IMG/VR virus record: IMGVR_UViG_3300032288_004964
Span: 310,001 to 374,000 of that record
Reading direction: 5' to 3' (one strand)
Length of the DNA: 64,000 nucleotides
The notes below the pieces were generated by a model. It was not told the DNA's origin. It did not search any database and saw nothing but the letters and a program-made list of their open reading frames with translations. How positions within the stretch are numbered: the stretch's first letter is position 1; the number at the start of each line of letters is the position of its first letter. Shown here piece by piece: positions 19,088 through 29,831 of this stretch. A program made the position numbers and the translations under genes.

Positions 19088-19902
19088 TTAAACTTTTGCA
19101 TATACTTTAACTCATATCTATCTATGAATTTAAGTTTACCACTTTCATGTAGCTCTTTGATTAAATCATCACTTACCCTAACAGGATCAATCATTTCATA
19201 AATATAACCATTTTCTTTACAAAAATCCTCAGCATATTTTCTTTTACATTCAACATTTTTTGAATTAAAAAGATGTTTTGGTTTACATTCTGTTATTTTA
19301 TTCTCTGATGGGATAAAAAAGTCTGGATAGTAATTCCTTGGTTTATTATCCCAATCAATATATTTAATTCTGAATTTTTTACACTCAGCACTTTGAAACT
19401 CTATATTATTCTTTTCAAATGTTATCATACAAGATAATTCTTTAAGACTTTTAAAGAATATATCATTATACCAACCACTCCAACCATTACCACTACCATT
19501 TGGTGATGGTTTACCATACATATTATTTTTAGAACCAGAGTTTCCAATTGAATGTTTCTTTTTATATTCTATCATTTTCTGGTCAGCTGTTTCTTTACCA
19601 TATTTATATACCCATATATCATAAAAACTCTTACCATACATTGGATTATTTTTACCTGATGATATCTTGGACATTTTATCTCTAAACTCTTCTGTTCTAT
19701 ATTTATCTATATTTAGTTTATTAGTTAATACTATTTTATCTATAACCTCTTTACTGTGTGACTTCCTATAGAATGGATTATTCTCACCTTTATTACAACA
19801 TGATCTACAAAGGCTTCTTTTTTCCTTAGCACTAATCATGTTTTTTAAATTTTTATGTTTTACTTCTTTAAAACATTTTGGACACTCTCTAATATATTCC
19901 AT
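19084..19902 (-). mobile_element. Free-standing homing endonuclease-like gene (Zn ribbon, NUMOD3-type repeats, PD-(D/E)xK domain)
   Basis: CxxC pairs, GENNPFY/GKNNPMYGK repeats, YYPDF...ECKP; opposite orientation with own AATATATA motif. Confidence 0.7.
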
Positions 19903-19985
19903 ATAGTATATATTAAAATAATGGGTCCTCTTGGTGTGTTTCTTATTTATTTTTTTGTATATTTGTTAAAAATAAATTATTAATT

Positions 19986-20579
19986 ATGAATATTGTTATA
20001 CTTGGGGGACCAGGGAGTGGAAAAGGAACTATCTGTGAAAAACTTGTAGAAGAGTTTAATTATAAAATGGTTTGTGCTGGTGACTTACTTAGAGAAGAAA
20101 AAGCATCTGGTTCAGAATTAGGAAAGCAAATTGCTAAATTGATTGATGCTGGTAACTTAGTTCCTGATAATGTTATAACTGACATTATCTATAATGAATT
20201 TAGGAAACCTATTAGACTTGGTAAATTCTTTTTAGTAGATGGTTACCCAAGAAGTATAAAACAAGCAATTAGTCTAAGTCAAATGATTAATGTTCAAATT
20301 GTTCTTTGGTTAGAAGTAAGTGATGAAACAACTATTAAAAGAAATTTGAATAGAGGTTTAACATCAGGTAGACCAGATGATGCAAATGAAGAAATCATTA
20401 AAAAGAGACTAGAAAATTATAAAGAAATGTCAGTTCCTATTAAAAGGTATTACAATGACTGTATTGTAGAGATTGATGGTGAGGGAACACCAGATGAAGT
20501 TTATCAAAGGATTATAGACACCTTGTTTGAAAATGTAAGAGAACCAAGAGATGTCACTGATATTTTAGATGAAGAGTAA
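19986..20579 (+). CDS. adk: Adenylate kinase
   Basis: GGPGSGKGT P-loop, GDLLREE, LVDGYPR, GRPDD. Confidence 0.93.
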   Translation: MNIVILGGPGSGKGTICEKLVEEFNYKMVCAGDLLREEKASGSELGKQIAKLIDAGNLVPDNVITDIIYNEFRKPIRLGKFFLVDGYPRSIKQAISLSQMINVQIVLWLEVSDETTIKRNLNRGLTSGRPDDANEEIIKKRLENYKEMSVPIKRYYNDCIVEIDGEGTPDEVYQRIIDTLFENVREPRDVTDILDEE

Positions 20580-20583
20580 AATG

Positions 20584-20609
20584 AAATCCAGATTTAATCT
20601 GGATTTTTT
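20584..20609 (+). terminator. Terminator after adk
   Basis: AAATCCAGAT-TTA-ATCTGGATTTTTT. Confidence 0.65.
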
Positions 20610-20622
20610 AATATATAAAGTA

Positions 20623-21963
20623 ATGAAACTATTTAGATATAAAGAATTTATAAAAGAAGGGTTAGAAGTTAAAAATTCAATTCCTACTTATGAACAAGCA
20701 TTAGAATTATGTTCTATTGAAGAATCTCCATTTTATGAATCAAAAATGGAAGTAGATGAATATAATGTATCTGTTTTTAATTATAGACTTGCTCAATACA
20801 AAGACTTTTCAAATCCTATTCCTGAAAAGCCAGAATTAAAAGGATTTGAAATGAGAGGTTTAACTTTTATATTTAATAAAGATGGTTCTTTATTTAAAAG
20901 ATATGTGTTGCTTGAAAAGTTTTTTAATTTAAATCAAGTACCAGACTCTTTATACTCTGTTGTTAAAAACTACAAAATTAAGTTTGTTAATAATAAAGAA
21001 GATGGTTCAATTGCTTCTTTTGTTAAACTACCAAATGGTAAAGTTGTTGGTAAATCCAAAATGGGATTTGATAATGACCAAGCTAATGGTATAAATAGAA
21101 TTTACAAAACTAATTCAGATATTAAAAAATTTGTTGATTGGGCTTTAGATAATGATATAGTCCCAGTATTCGAATATGTTGCTCCAAACAACCGTATTGT
21201 TCTAAGATATCCAGGTGAAGAATTAATCTTATTAAGATTAAGAGATAATAAAACAGGTAAGCATATTGATATTAGAGACCACTTGGATAAAGTTGGTAAT
21301 ATTAGAATTGCTCCTTTTGAAGATGAAATTAAAGATTTAGATACATTAATTGAATTAAACGCTACTCAAGTTGATAAAGAAGGTTCTATTGTTACTTGTG
21401 AAGATGAGAATGGTCATGACTTTTTCTTTAAGTTAAAAACACCTTGGTACTGTGAAAGACATGGTTTATTAACAAATGATATTTATAGAGAACATATTAT
21501 TATTAATTATATCTTAGATGATAAGATAGATGATATATTAGGTCAAATACCAGAAGAAGAAGTTGAGGCTCATCAAAGAATTAATAAGATTATTTCTATT
21601 GTCAAAAAAGCAATTTCTGACAAAGTGTCTGAAATTGAAAAATCTTATGATGATTTTATTAAATCAGGTATTTCTAAAAAAGATTATGCTATAAAAAATA
21701 GAGTTGGTAACACTAACTTTGGTTTTGTTATGAATATGGTTAAAGCAAATGATTTAAGAAAGATGTCTAAAGAAGAAATATTAGATATCTATGATAATAT
21801 GGAAGAATATGAAAAGGCATTACAAAGATGTCAACCATATGAAATGGCTAAAGAATGGATTAAAGATTTAACTAAGAGATTAAACCTTTCTAGAGAATGG
21901 CTAAAGAAAAAAGATCCAACTCTTTTCTTTCAAGAACCAGAAGAAAGTGATGATGATAATTAA
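20623..21963 (+). CDS. T4 Rnl1-type RNA ligase with N-terminal leader
   Basis: EMRGLTF, KFFNLNQ, KEDGS (adenylation Lys), FEYVAPNNRIV, EG.., KLKTPWY; start moved to MKLFRYKEFIKE after terminator and TAATATATA. Confidence 0.85.
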   Translation: MKLFRYKEFIKEGLEVKNSIPTYEQALELCSIEESPFYESKMEVDEYNVSVFNYRLAQYKDFSNPIPEKPELKGFEMRGLTFIFNKDGSLFKRYVLLEKFFNLNQVPDSLYSVVKNYKIKFVNNKEDGSIASFVKLPNGKVVGKSKMGFDNDQANGINRIYKTNSDIKKFVDWALDNDIVPVFEYVAPNNRIVLRYPGEELILLRLRDNKTGKHIDIRDHLDKVGNIRIAPFEDEIKDLDTLIELNATQVDKEGSIVTCEDENGHDFFFKLKTPWYCERHGLLTNDIYREHIIINYILDDKIDDILGQIPEEEVEAHQRINKIISIVKKAISDKVSEIEKSYDDFIKSGISKKDYAIKNRVGNTNFGFVMNMVKANDLRKMSKEEILDIYDNMEEYEKALQRCQPYEMAKEWIKDLTKRLNLSREWLKKKDPTLFFQEPEESDDDN

Positions 21964-21989
21964 TATATAATAAAAAAATAATAAAATTT

Positions 21990-22208
21990 ATGGCATCACC
22001 GTATACAATAAATCAAACTGACCAAGGAGTTACAATAACTGAATCTACTTCAAAGACTATAAAAGTTGGTAGTTTGACATTGGATGTAGCTAGATTAAAT
22101 AAAGAAAAAACATTACTTCAGCAAAAAATAAATGATATTGATGCTGAAATCTTATTAAAGCAATCAGCAATTGATGAATATAATGCTGCAATAAATCCAA
22201 AAAAGTAA
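21990..22208 (+). CDS. Small coiled-coil protein
   Basis: TAATATATA at 21961; terminator downstream. Confidence 0.55.
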   Translation: MASPYTINQTDQGVTITESTSKTIKVGSLTLDVARLNKEKTLLQQKINDIDAEILLKQSAIDEYNAAINPKK

Positions 22209-22219
22209 CAAAAATAATT

Positions 22220-22246
22220 AAAAGAGAGTTTTTAACTCTCTTTTTT
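22220..22246 (+). terminator. Intrinsic terminator
   Basis: AAAAGAGAGTT-TTT-AACTCTCTTTTTT. Confidence 0.75.
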
Positions 22247-22257
22247 ATATATAGTAT

Positions 22258-22668
22258 ATGAAACATCTAAAGAGATATAAAATATTTGAAAATGCTACTA
22301 GCATAATTGATAATGTAAATGATATGTTATTTGAACTTAATGATGAAGGATTTAAGTGTAGAGTATCTGAGGGGCTAACACCAGATTTATTACCACCAGT
22401 TATTATTAATAATGTTCCAATGGGTTATAAATTAGTTAAAACTCATGATGTAATACTTGTAAATTTTTCTCAAGACAAACCGGGCTTTGATTTTGATGAT
22501 ATTAAAGAAGTATATTGGAGAATAAAATCATATCTTGAAGATAATGGATATATTGAAGATGGTGATAGTCTCCAAGATAGACTCAAAGATAAAGAAGAAG
22601 AAAATAAAAAAATCATGGGTGCCGGTAAACTACTATCAGTTGTAAGCTCATTTACAAAACCTATATAA
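22258..22668 (+). CDS. Putative virion internal protein, leader + LExxDxG family
   Basis: MKHLKRYKIFEN; VNDMLFELNDEGFKCRV. Confidence 0.55.
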   Translation: MKHLKRYKIFENATSIIDNVNDMLFELNDEGFKCRVSEGLTPDLLPPVIINNVPMGYKLVKTHDVILVNFSQDKPGFDFDDIKEVYWRIKSYLEDNGYIEDGDSLQDRLKDKEEENKKIMGAGKLLSVVSSFTKPI

Positions 22669-22669
22669 G

Positions 22670-22813
22670 ATGAAAAAGAAGAAAAGAAGAATTAAGAGAT
22701 TTACAGAATTCACTAAAATAAGTGATAAGCCTTATTCATTTGTTCCTTTAACAAATAGTCAAAGTCCTGCTCCCGCTTCAAATATTAATATTAAAGTTAC
22801 TCAACTTTCTTAA
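22670..22813 (+). CDS. 47-aa peptide with leader-like start (not in ORF track)
   Basis: MKKKKRRIKRFTEFTKISD... Confidence 0.35.
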   Translation: MKKKKRRIKRFTEFTKISDKPYSFVPLTNSQSPAPASNINIKVTQLS

Positions 22814-22912
22814 TTTACATTATACAATGTTTATGTTTAACAAAAACTTTTAAGTGTCAAAAAACTTTGGCACGGTTTTTGATATAATAAAAACTAAAAA
22901 CAAAATTTATAT

Positions 22913-24802
22913 ATGGCAAAAGATGTAATTATTGGAATTGACTTAGGAACTACTAACTCATGTGTGGCAGTAGTTGAAGGTGGTGAACCAATTGTAATCA
23001 CCAACTCAGAAGGTAAAAGAACAACTCCATCAGTTGTTGGGTTTACTGAAAATGACAGAAAGATTGGAGACCCTGCTAAGCGTCAGGCGGTAACTAATCC
23101 AACAAAAACTGTTTATTCTATCAAAAGATTTATCGGGAAAGATTTCTCAAACTGTACTGATGAGGTAACAAGAGTACCTTATCAAGTTGTTAAATCTGGT
23201 AGTAATGTACCAGGTGTTAAGATTGATGATAGAACTTATACACCTCAAGAAATTTCAGCTATGATTCTTCAAAAGATGAAGAAAACTGCTGAAGATTATT
23301 TAGGTTATGAAGTAAAAAGAGCTGTTATTACAGTTCCTGCTTACTTCGGTGACGCTGAAAGAACTGCAACTATTGAAGCTGGTGAAATCGCTGGTTTGAA
23401 AGTTGAGCGTATTATCAATGAACCAACTGCTGCGGCGTTAGCTTATGGTTTAGATAAGAAAAGTTCAGATTCTAAGATTTTAGTATTTGACTGTGGTGGT
23501 GGTACACATGACGTATCAGTTCTTGAAATCGGTGATGGAGTTTTTGAAGTTAAATCTACTGATGGTGATACTCACTTAGGTGGTGATGACTTTGATAATG
23601 AAATCATTAACTGGATGGTAGAAGAATTCAAATCAGAACATGGTATGGATTTATCTAAAGATCCAATGGGTCTACAGCGTCTTAAGGATGCTGCAGAAAA
23701 GGCTAAGATTGAACTTTCATCAACTTCTCAGAGTGAAATCAATCTTCCTTATATCACAGCTAAAGATGGAATGCCTTTACACTTTGTTAAAACCCTAACA
23801 AAAGCTAAATTTGAACAAATGACCTCTAAACTTGTTGATAGAGCTATCGCTTGTGCTAAATCTGCTTTGAAGAGTGCTAAGTTAAAACCATCTGATATTG
23901 ATGAAGTTATTCTTGTTGGTGGTTCTACAAGAATTCCGGCGATTCAAGAAGCTGTTGAAAAATACATTGGTAAGAAACCAAACAAATCAGTTAACCCGGA
24001 TGAAGTTGTTGCCTTAGGTGCGGCTATTCAAGGAGCTGTTTTAACTGGTGGTATTACTGATGTTCTCCTTTTAGATGTTACTCCTCTTTCATTAGGTATT
24101 GAAACTATGGGTGGTGTAATGACAAGATTGATTGAGTCTAATACAACTATTCCGACCCGTAAGTCAGAAACATTCTCAACTGCATCAGACAATCAACCAT
24201 CTGTAGAAATTCATGTTCTACAAGGTGAAAGACCGATGGCTAGAGATAACCGTTCTCTTGGTAGATTCCATTTAGATGGTATCATGCCAGCTCCAAGAGG
24301 AGTACCTCAAGTAGAAGTAACTTTAGATATTGATGCTAATGGTATCTTATCTGTATCTGCTAAAGATAAAGCTACTGGTAAAGAAAACAAAATCCGTATT
24401 GAAGGAGGTTCTCAATTATCTAAAGAAGAAATTGAGAAAATGAAAATGGAAGCTGAAGCTAATGCTGAATCTGACCGTCTTGAAAAAGAAAAGGTGGATA
24501 AAGTTAATATGGCTGATAACTTAATCTTCCAAACTGAAAAACAAATCAAAGAATTCTCTGATAAGTTAACAGAAGAAGATAAATCAAAGCTTAATGCTGA
24601 TTTAGAAGAAGTTAGAAAAGCTCACTCTGATAAAGATGTTGAGAAGATTGATGAATCAACTAAGAAGTTAAATGAGACTTGGTCTCAAATTTCTACAAGA
24701 TTGTATCAACAATCACAAGAAGCTCCACAAGAACCACAATCTAATAGCACCGACACTGGTAATGGCGATGTTGAAGATGTAAACTTTGAAGAAGTTAAGT
24801 AA
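22913..24802 (+). CDS. dnaK: Chaperone DnaK (Hsp70)
   Basis: [38 protein letters not shown]; full length. Confidence 0.98.
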   Translation: MAKDVIIGIDLGTTNSCVAVVEGGEPIVITNSEGKRTTPSVVGFTENDRKIGDPAKRQAVTNPTKTVYSIKRFIGKDFSNCTDEVTRVPYQVVKSGSNVPGVKIDDRTYTPQEISAMILQKMKKTAEDYLGYEVKRAVITVPAYFGDAERTATIEAGEIAGLKVERIINEPTAAALAYGLDKKSSDSKILVFDCGGGTHDVSVLEIGDGVFEVKSTDGDTHLGGDDFDNEIINWMVEEFKSEHGMDLSKDPMGLQRLKDAAEKAKIELSSTSQSEINLPYITAKDGMPLHFVKTLTKAKFEQMTSKLVDRAIACAKSALKSAKLKPSDIDEVILVGGSTRIPAIQEAVEKYIGKKPNKSVNPDEVVALGAAIQGAVLTGGITDVLLLDVTPLSLGIETMGGVMTRLIESNTTIPTRKSETFSTASDNQPSVEIHVLQGERPMARDNRSLGRFHLDGIMPAPRGVPQVEVTLDIDANGILSVSAKDKATGKENKIRIEGGSQLSKEEIEKMKMEAEANAESDRLEKEKVDKVNMADNLIFQTEKQIKEFSDKLTEEDKSKLNADLEEVRKAHSDKDVEKIDESTKKLNETWSQISTRLYQQSQEAPQEPQSNSTDTGNGDVEDVNFEEVK

Positions 24803-24814
24803 TTCAAAGTAATT

Positions 24815-24843
24815 AAAAAACCCAGTCAATGACTGGGTTTTTT
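24815..24843. terminator. Bidirectional intrinsic terminator
   Basis: A6 CCCAGTC-AAT-GACTGGG T6. Confidence 0.85.
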
Positions 24844-24846
24844 ATT

Positions 24847-26080
24847 TTACATACTATCATATCCACCACCGGTGTCTCTTAACATCCTATCACCAACTTC
24901 TCTGTTAGTAAGAGTATCGCTATCCGTATCTAAGTAACACATAGTATCACAATAAGGATAATGATCCCAACTACCATCTTTTAATTGAACTATTATTTTA
25001 GGACTACTTAATAATTCTGAACCATTTGTAATTGTTTCACTTGGTTCCATAGATTGTGATTTCTTATACCACCAACCATTCTTTTCAGCAAATTGTTTAA
25101 ATAAATCAACATCAGAATCAAATCTTGTGTAAACTATCCATAAATTTACCTGCTTTACCATTAATAGTAGCATCCCAAAGAATTGCTCTACCTTTTATCT
25201 TATCAGATGTATATTTCTCACCGTCAATTTTTCCATCATCAGAATATAAAATTACTAATGAAACTTGTGGGTTATAACAATAGATATCAAAATATTCTGA
25301 TGTTTCTACATCAGCCATACAAGAGTTGTTTAATGTCCCACCACCTTTAACATAATTATCAATTTCATACCAATAAGCAATTTTCTTACCTTGAATAATA
25401 TCAAATTGTTTAAGAGCGTCTTTAGCAAAATCATAAGTTGCTTTATAAGTATTTGTAAAATCTTCAATGTCTTTATCAGTAAATGTTACTTTAGCTTTTG
25501 TTAGAATAGCTCTAACTAATCTACCTATTTTAATTGGGTTTCTTGATGTTGACCATATCTTAAAATCTTCAGTATCAGCTTCTTCAACTGCTACTTTATT
25601 AATAACACCAATTCTTGGATTAGTTGTTCCATATTCTTGGAACATAATATAGATATTACCGGATTGTCTACTAACTGTTTCTGCTAAAATAGTTCCAATA
25701 GTCCCTGTTTCAGGTGCCCAACATCCGTATTTTTCTTTATCATATCCAAGCCTTTCAAATATTTTATCATTTCTACTACTAGTTGTTAAATATTTACCTG
25801 ACTCGGTAACTTCCCAAGTTTGTGGTTTATCCTTTGTTAGTTCTTGAACTTTTCTATCAGGAGTAAAACTAACTGAATCTTTCTCATCTGTTATATCAAT
25901 GTAGTTTTGAACAATTCCATCAACATCTTTTGAATAAAGATCAAGTAACTCACTAGCCAATTTATTAGACTTCATTCTAGTTAAAAGGTTAATAAATTTT
26001 TTTGAATAAACTACCTTAGATTCTAAAAGAAGATCATAAACTACTTTTTCAGAAAGGTATTGGTTATATTTTAATATCAT
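24847..26080 (-). pseudogene. Single leader-bearing gene split by a frameshift near 25135 (or assembly error)
   Basis: GRAILW...KFMD ends one frame and VYTRFDSD continues in the other; restoring AG gives FMDRVYT. Confidence 0.65.
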
Positions 26081-26169
26081 AATTAAATTTATTTTATTAA
26101 GGTATATATTAAATTCACAAAATTCAAATATTAGTTTTTAATCTAATATATTTTATTAATATATAAATT

Positions 26170-26430
26170 ATGAAAAAAATTCTTATACGTGTTATGAAAA
26201 ATAAAATAGTTCAATTAATTAAAATACTTGGTGTAGGAATAAATGAATTGGTTATGGAAATCAATTTAGACTGTGGTTCTTTTGAATCTATTGAGTGGAA
26301 TAAAGATGAAGATAAGATATATTTACACATCTTTGAAGATGATGATGTGGATATCACATTTGACTTTGATGAGTTATCAGAGGAAGACCAATTAAAACTT
26401 TATCAAATATTAGCAATTTTTTATAATTAA
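26170..26430 (+). CDS. Acidic hypothetical protein
   Basis: TAATATATA upstream. Confidence 0.5.
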   Translation: MKKILIRVMKNKIVQLIKILGVGINELVMEINLDCGSFESIEWNKDEDKIYLHIFEDDDVDITFDFDELSEEDQLKLYQILAIFYN

Positions 26431-27506
26431 AGATTATTAATCATTTGAATCATTTCCTTTTGAGGAAATAAATTATTATTTAACCCATCTAATTGTATAG
26501 ACCATCTTCTTTTCAAGTAAGTAATTAACTTTCTTAAACTGTCTATTTGTTCATCTGTATATTTCTCCCAGAATTTAGATCCTTCAAATTCGTTATCTAA
26601 TTCAATAACTTCATCTTTAGATATTAATTGATGTGATTGATTATAATAGTTTCCATCTTCTCCAATTACTAATGGTCCAGAATTACAAACTTGAATAGAA
26701 ATAGTTTTTGAGTTTAATTCAATATCTTTGTTATTAAAACAATAAGCCCAATATCTATCATCAAAAGCTTTTAATATAATACCATTACAATCAACCTCAA
26801 TATCAAAAGATTTTCTACCTATCACAAAGTGATTAGCTTCTTTCAGACCGGTATTAAAGTTTTTAATAACTAAATCAGGTCTTGGTCCACTATTTGTATT
26901 GTGTAAGTAAATAGATTCTTTTCTTGTTTCTTCTTTATTATAAGACTCATCTGATAAAATATAATCATATATTCTAAAGTTATCTTCACCAATATAAGAT
27001 GGTATTCTAAATATTTTATCAATAGATTCTTTTTTTAGTCTTGCTTCTTCTTCTAATTGTTGAGCTATTCTTCTTTCCTCGAGAATTTTATTATTTATTT
27101 CTTCAGCTTTTAATCTTTTTTGTTCTAATAAAAGTCTTTTTCTTTCTTCTACTATTTTATTTTTTTCAAGTATCTTGGCTAAGTATTCTTTTTTTCTTTC
27201 CTCAATAATATTAGCTTTCTCTTGTTCAATTAAACTAAGCTCTTCTTGTTCTTTTTTAATTCTTTCTTTTTCGGATTCTTTTACTTTATTATTATAAAAT
27301 ACAATCTTCATCCAAGTCTTTGAATCAATAGTTCCATTAACATCAAGTCCTATCTCTTGTTGGAATTTATTAACAGCATCTAATGTTGTTTGACCAAAAG
27401 AACCAGTAATTCTATCTGTAAAAAATCCAGACTCTTTTAAGTTTACTTGAATAAAACTAACATCAGTTCCTTTCATATTGGGTGATAATACTCTTTTAAA
27501 TTCCAT
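26427..27506 (-). CDS. Peptidoglycan-binding domain + coiled coil + N-acetylmuramoyl-L-alanine amidase-like domain
   Basis: FGQTTLDAVNKFQ..GL.V.G PG-binding motif; IYLHNT, HFVIGR, YTDEQIDSL; catalytic set may be degenerate. Confidence 0.7.
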   Translation of the reverse strand: MEFKRVLSPNMKGTDVSFIQVNLKESGFFTDRITGSFGQTTLDAVNKFQQEIGLDVNGTIDSKTWMKIVFYNNKVKESEKERIKKEQEELSLIEQEKANIIEERKKEYLAKILEKNKIVEERKRLLLEQKRLKAEEINNKILEERRIAQQLEEEARLKKESIDKIFRIPSYIGEDNFRIYDYILSDESYNKEETRKESIYLHNTNSGPRPDLVIKNFNTGLKEANHFVIGRKSFDIEVDCNGIILKAFDDRYWAYCFNNKDIELNSKTISIQVCNSGPLVIGEDGNYYNQSHQLISKDEVIELDNEFEGSKFWEKYTDEQIDSLRKLITYLKRRWSIQLDGLNNNLFPQKEMIQMINNL

Positions 27507-28023
27507 CTTTATTTTCTTTATTTATTGCATATCTCATAGAATTCTGCTTATCTAAATAAGCTTTTATATCAGCATATGTTACTTGTCCTGGGTTATTAGT
27601 AAGCTTATCAGCATTACCAACTGGTTTAGGCTCAGCCTTTTTAATTTCAGCTTCTTTTAATCTCTCTGAGTATTCTGTTTCTATCTTCTTAATAATGTGA
27701 CCAATAAAAAAATCAACTCCTTTTTCTTCAATCATCTTTTTATCAAAGTCAAAAACAAATTCTTCTTCATTGTAATAAACAGCCATAACATCTTCTTTGA
27801 TATAATGGTCTAAATAGAATTTAATATCACCAATATTACCTTGTCCAAAAATAGTTGTTTTGTAAGAAGTGTTGTAGAAGTTGGCAAAACTATCTTTATC
27901 ATTTAATATTCTATTGCCATTTTTATCAACGGTATTTACTATACCAAGATTAATCTTGAAATATCTAGATCTTCTCTTGAATTCGTTAATAATTTTAAAA
28001 TTTGTTACAATGTTATAAGCCAT
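27496..28023 (-). CDS. Hypothetical protein
   Basis: 175-aa ORF. Confidence 0.55.
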   Translation of the reverse strand: MAYNIVTNFKIINEFKRRSRYFKINLGIVNTVDKNGNRILNDKDSFANFYNTSYKTTIFGQGNIGDIKFYLDHYIKEDVMAVYYNEEEFVFDFDKKMIEEKGVDFFIGHIIKKIETEYSERLKEAEIKKAEPKPVGNADKLTNNPGQVTYADIKAYLDKQNSMRYAINKENKDGI

Positions 28024-28053
28024 AAACTATTTATTAAAAAAATAGTTCTTCAT

Positions 28054-28608
28054 TTAGGTTTCTATTTCAAATTCTTCATTATCTTCACCAAGCTCATCAT
28101 CTAATTCAATTTTTAGATTAACTAAAAACTCTTCATTGATATCCTTAATATCAACAGTTTTTCTGATTGGTGGTCCAATGATTTCAACTTTGTCTAAATC
28201 ATACTTTTTGAACTTTATTGTACATTTTTCAATGTCCTTAAATGAAAAATCAACATTTGGATCTTTAGGCATTCCATCTTTAATATCAATTGTAAATATC
28301 AAACAATAAGCTGCCATGTCATCTGTAAACCAAACTGTATAAGAATCATACATTCTAGAGTATTTAGAAATTTCAGAACTTTCTAATCTAACTCCTAAGT
28401 CTCTAAAGCTTACTTTATTTTCTTTAGATTCTTCTTTAGCTTGTTTAATAGACTTTGGTTTAGATTCTTTTGACTCTTCACTCTCTGGTTGATCTTCAAA
28501 CATCTTATCAATCTTTCTCTTAATAAAACCTAAGGCATCTGATATGTATTCTTCAGGAGTGTCATTCAATTCTTCATTGATAAAATCTATAAACTTTCTA
28601 ATTTTCAT
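28054..28608 (-). CDS. Hypothetical protein with N-terminal leader
   Basis: MKIRKFIDFINEE; AATATATA upstream. Confidence 0.55.
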   Translation of the reverse strand: MKIRKFIDFINEELNDTPEEYISDALGFIKRKIDKMFEDQPESEESKESKPKSIKQAKEESKENKVSFRDLGVRLESSEISKYSRMYDSYTVWFTDDMAAYCLIFTIDIKDGMPKDPNVDFSFKDIEKCTIKFKKYDLDKVEIIGPPIRKTVDIKDINEEFLVNLKIELDDELGEDNEEFEIET

Positions 28609-28673
28609 ATTGTATATATTAAATAATTATTCTTATTTATTAATTTGTTGTTAATTTTTAGTATATTTGTAGT

Positions 28674-29600
28674 ATGGGTAATATAGGATATTGTTGTATT
28701 AATATCTCTCTAAATGAGGGTAAGAGTAAGAAAGAACAAATAACTGTCAATAGAGGAATGACTAAGAAAACATTTGAGACCAAAGGTCTTGGATATGTAT
28801 CTGAATTAGCAGTACAGAATATTAATGATCTTGAGAAAATACTTCAATGGAATTTTAGAAACAATATTCTTGTTTATAGAATGTCAAGTGACATGTTCCC
28901 ATGTATTGGCTTCTATAAATTGGAAGATTTGCCAAACTTTAAGCTTATATCTAATAAATTAAAATTAATAGGCGATTACTCAAAATCCAAAGGAATGAGA
29001 CTTTCCTTTCACCCAACTCACTTCTGTATTCCAGCTAGTGAAAACCCAATTGTTGTAAAAAATGCTATTGATGAATTAGATAAACATGCTCAAATAATGG
29101 ATATAATGGGGTTAGACCAGACACATTATTACCCAATTAATATACATGTTAACACAACTAAACCAACAAGAGAAGAAGCCGCTGAGAGATTTTGCCTTCA
29201 ATTTTATAATCTAAGTGAATCTTGTCAAAAAAGATTAGTAGTTGAAAATGATGATGGTCCAAATCAATATTCAACTAAAATTTTATATGATTTGATTTAT
29301 AAAAAAATAGGAATTCCGATTACACATGATTTTCACCATCATAATTACGGACCTCAGGATATCTCACAAGAAGAAGCAATTAGACTTGCTTGTTCTACCT
29401 GGGGTGATATAACACCAATGACTCATATGAGTTCACCAAAAACATTAGAAGATAACTCAGGAAAACAAACAGCACATGCAGATTACATTTATGAGGAAAT
29501 TAAAACATTTGGTCTTGACTTTGATACAGAGATTGAGGCGAAAGCTAAAGACCTCGCAGTTATTAGATACAGAAATCAATTTAAAGTTCTTAAAGGGTGA
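28674..29600 (+). CDS. uvsE: UV-damage endonuclease (UvsE/UvdE)
   Basis: IGYCCIN, YRMSSDMFP, RLSFHP, RLVVENDD, DFHHH, AHAD, EAKAKD. Confidence 0.92.
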   Translation: MGNIGYCCINISLNEGKSKKEQITVNRGMTKKTFETKGLGYVSELAVQNINDLEKILQWNFRNNILVYRMSSDMFPCIGFYKLEDLPNFKLISNKLKLIGDYSKSKGMRLSFHPTHFCIPASENPIVVKNAIDELDKHAQIMDIMGLDQTHYYPINIHVNTTKPTREEAAERFCLQFYNLSESCQKRLVVENDDGPNQYSTKILYDLIYKKIGIPITHDFHHHNYGPQDISQEEAIRLACSTWGDITPMTHMSSPKTLEDNSGKQTAHADYIYEEIKTFGLDFDTEIEAKAKDLAVIRYRNQFKVLKG

Positions 29601-29826
29601 TCATGTCTTAATAAGACACTATACACATAAAAGAATAGAAGGTAAGATTGTTAAGATAACTTATAGTAAATGTAAATCTAATTCTAAATATTTTATACTA
29701 TATAGGGTTGAATTTATAAGTGGTCCACAAGATGAAATTATTAAGTATGACTTTTCTGACTTTGAATTAGAACATATAGATAAAGATAAAGAAAGAGATT
29801 GGAAATTAAATCAAATATTGAAATAA
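29476..29826 (+). CDS. Hypothetical protein with C-terminal tag (start uncertain)
   Basis: FLKGDHV SH3-like segment; ends ERDWKLNQILK. Confidence 0.5.
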   Translation: MQITFMRKLKHLVLTLIQRLRRKLKTSQLLDTEINLKFLKGDHVLIRHYTHKRIEGKIVKITYSKCKSNSKYFILYRVEFISGPQDEIIKYDFSDFELEHIDKDKERDWKLNQILK

Positions 29827-29831
29827 ATTGA

